From positions 480,001 through 544,000 of the forward strand of contig JAXHMY010000002.1 of NCBI GenBank assembly GCA_034520965.1: a stretch of DNA of 64,000 nucleotides, in the 5' to 3' direction. The translations under genes and the position numbers were made by a program. Shown piece after piece: positions 62,042 to 64,000 of this stretch. The stretch is from Spirochaetia bacterium (GTDB taxonomy: Bacteria > Spirochaetota > Spirochaetia > DSM-16054 > Sediminispirochaetaceae). Position 1 is the stretch's first letter. Each line of letters starts with the position of its first letter. The notes under the pieces were generated by a model. The model made no database searches. It was not told where the DNA came from and was given only the letters and a program-made list of their open reading frames with translations.

Positions 62042-62188
62042 CACCTGCATAGTGCACACGTAGGATAAAAGCCTCACCGAGAGATCACCGAGAACAGATT
62101 GTCTTACTTCTAGTCCATTTCCCATAAATCGCCTTCAAGGCTATTATCGCAAAATAGAATAAATAATTCAAAGAGCTTTTTGGGAACA

Positions 62189-62330
62189 CAGCAATTCGCA
62201 ATTTGAAAATTTTTCTAAAATTTTCAAATTGCGAATGCTTACATTTTGTTTAAGATAAGTAGTTTATCTTAAAGATGTTGTGGATATTCTCATTTTGGAA
62301 GTCATAAGACTTCCAAAATGAGAATACCTG
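62189..62330. mobile_element. 142-bp MITE-like element, copy B, 9-bp target duplication TTGGGAACA
   Basis: Ends CAGCAATTCGCAATTTG / CAAAATGAGAATACCTG; identical 9-mers at 62180-62188 and 62331-62339; perfect 20-bp and 18-bp hairpins. Confidence 0.88.
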
Positions 62331-62530
62331 TTGGGAACAGGGTTTTTGCGTATGGTTAAGTTTATTGATGATGACTGATGATGACACCTTATTCAGTGGC
62401 TTCATGCAATATGCCGGTTTTGTAGAAAACGCCGGAAAAATAGTAGAGTCGTATGGGCTGATATTTGGGGAGCTTTACCTTGTGGGCAGGATCGATGCTT
62501 TTATAAAGGGTATCTCAGGGTGTTCATAGG

Positions 62531-63072
62531 TCAATCGATCTCTGACAAACACGCAGAAGAATTCTTGAGTCCGTTGAAGATAGTTTCGGCGAGCTCTTCC
62601 GGAAAGTCCCCGGGCAGCTGCGCGGAAACGGTATCAATTACCCCACTCGTGTTCTCTGCGAGTTCTCTTATTATCTCTCTCGCCGCATTGGTATCCAGGC
62701 CGGAAAGCTCGGCGGTGCGTATCCAATGGCGTACACAGATAGGCCGACAGCACGTCATAGGCAGGAGTCAAAGTAAAGCGGCCTTCAGGCTCTATAAAGA
62801 TGCTGAAGTTTTTCGCATGTCCATCGATAGCGGTCAACATCCAGAACAAAATTTGCATCTTGAAAAACTCTATTTGATCATTGAGCGCAGTCCTGGAACC
62901 GAGCAGCAACCTTCTGCATCTGTAAGCGGTTCTCCATTAATTGTTTTCACAGATGAGGGAGAAACATCCGTGGGTAAGAGCTGTACGGCACCTACACAAT
63001 CCCTGCCAATTTCTTCAAGCAGTTCAAAGGCCCGGGTACTGGAAGACGTTTTTCCTTTACTCTACGACCCAT
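62531..63072 (-). pseudogene. hipA: HipA toxin kinase remnant with several internal deletions
   Basis: Disjoint blocks FELLEEIGRDCVGAVQLLP, FWMLTAIDGHAKNFSIF..LTPAYDVLS and C-terminal LPGDFPEELAETIF in about 540 bp. Confidence 0.8.
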
Positions 63073-63076
63073 ACTG

Positions 63077-63331
63077 CTACCACTCTGTTTTCTCTGCCGC
63101 CTCTTGGGGTAACTCTTTCGGCAGCAAACGCATCTCCAGATCGAGTGCAGAGAGGCATTTGAAAAGAGTCTCTATACTGCTGCTCTTGGCTCTGTTTTCC
63201 AGCGCTGATAGGGTCTTTGGCAGCAGACCGACCAGTTTGGCAACTTCCTGCTGGGTAAGTTCAAGACTTCCACGCCGAGCCCGCAGTATTTTTGAGAGTT
63301 GCTCGGGAGTATTTGCAAAGTATTCCATCAT
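63077..63331 (-). CDS. hipB: HipB-like XRE antitoxin
   Basis: TPEQLSKILRARR..LTQQEVAKLVGL.PKTLSALEN...IETLFKCLSALDLE, upstream of the hipA remnant. Confidence 0.85.
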   Translation of the reverse strand: MMEYFANTPEQLSKILRARRGSLELTQQEVAKLVGLLPKTLSALENRAKSSSIETLFKCLSALDLEMRLLPKELPQEAAEKTEW

Positions 63332-63332
63332 T

Positions 63333-63377
63333 TATCCCCCATAAGGTATAAGTTGTAAATATCCCCTGGAGGGTAAA
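63333..63377 (-). promoter_or_regulatory. two HipB-type operator-like sites
   Basis: TATCC-N8-GTATA (63333-63350) and TATCC-N8-GTAAA (63360-63377) versus the TATCC-N8-GGATA consensus. Confidence 0.55.
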
Positions 63378-63571
63378 TTTTTTTATTTAAAAGATTCACA
63401 TCCTGTAGACGGCCGGCGCCGCCCGGGCGGCTCGCTCCGCTCCCCGCCCGCCCTTGGGCTATAGCCAGTAGCCGGCCGGAGTTCCTTTGGGTCGGCGTGT
63501 AAAAAAAATTGGCTATTCTTGAAGCCGAGCCGCCTCTCACCCTGTCTATATAGATGAAACCATAGTATACT

Positions 63572-64000
63572 ATGAGTATGAACATGAAAGATCTGGCTGA
63601 AATCCTGGAAGAAGAACTCTCCGAAGCAGTTGAAGTAAAAAACCCAAAATCTCTGCACCGCTACATATCGCTGCTGACCGGCAATTACGTTGAACAGAAC
63701 ATTCACGAGCGCCAGTACAACGAGCTGAGCAGCAGCAACAAAGAGATGCTGGCCTCGATCAAGGAGGGATTCCGCCGCATGGACGAGCGGTTTGCTGCTC
63801 AGGACAAACGATTCGAGGCCCAGCAGAAACAGATGGACGAACGGTTCACTGCTCTGCAGAAACAAATGGATGAACGTTTCACCGCCCAAGAGACACATTT
63901 CATCTCGCTGCAAAAACAGATAGACGTCCGTTTTGAAGCCACCCAAAAGCAGATGCACGAACAGTTCACCGCCCTACAGAAGCAAATGGACGAACGCTTT
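63572..64000 (+). CDS. coiled-coil repeat protein, runs off the window (absent from the ORF track)
   Basis: MSMNMKDLAEILEEELSEAVEVKNPKSLHRYI... then repeats QKQMDERFTAL; open to position 64000. Confidence 0.8.
   Translation, partial: MSMNMKDLAEILEEELSEAVEVKNPKSLHRYISLLTGNYVEQNIHERQYNELSSSNKEMLASIKEGFRRMDERFAAQDKRFEAQQKQMDERFTALQKQMDERFTAQETHFISLQKQIDVRFEATQKQMHEQFTALQKQMDERF

Overview
Chromosomal segment of a spirochete (class Spirochaetia), judged from two FlaA sheath genes, a P83/100 protein, a PlzA-type PilZ protein, a solo groES and the Hk2-Rrp2-holB-cvpA-murG block. Many genes are split by single-base indels, densely in the first 12 kb and sporadically later, which most likely reflects uncorrected sequencing error. 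The left part is accessory metabolism: a FadR-MBL hydrolase-TRAP cluster, DUF368, and a TM1266-hydE-hydF-ABC importer operon with no hydG. The middle is mostly core genes: tRNA-Leu, tatD, ompA, flaA x2, fba, infC-rpmI-rplT-zapB-zapA-6S RNA-plzA, PBP1A, ppdK, an rpoS-like sigma factor, groES, dinG, a two-component pair, murG, and a TPP riboswitch with thiBPQ. Standout observations: (1) a five-gene archaeal-type coenzyme A operon (pantoate kinase, phosphopantothenate synthetase, panB, MfnA-type decarboxylase, archaeal-like coaBC) behind a bacterial sigma70-like promoter; (2) a family of tiny hairpin-ended elements with 9-bp flanking duplications whose stems differ only by compensated substitutions (two ~141-bp copies, one ~53-bp copy); (3) hydE/hydF co-transcribed with an ABC importer instead of hydG; (4) a consensus sigma54 promoter on the rpoS-like gene close to an Rrp2/Hk2 pair; (5) an intact IS1-like element with atypical ends. 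All calls come from reading motifs by eye; no database search was run.
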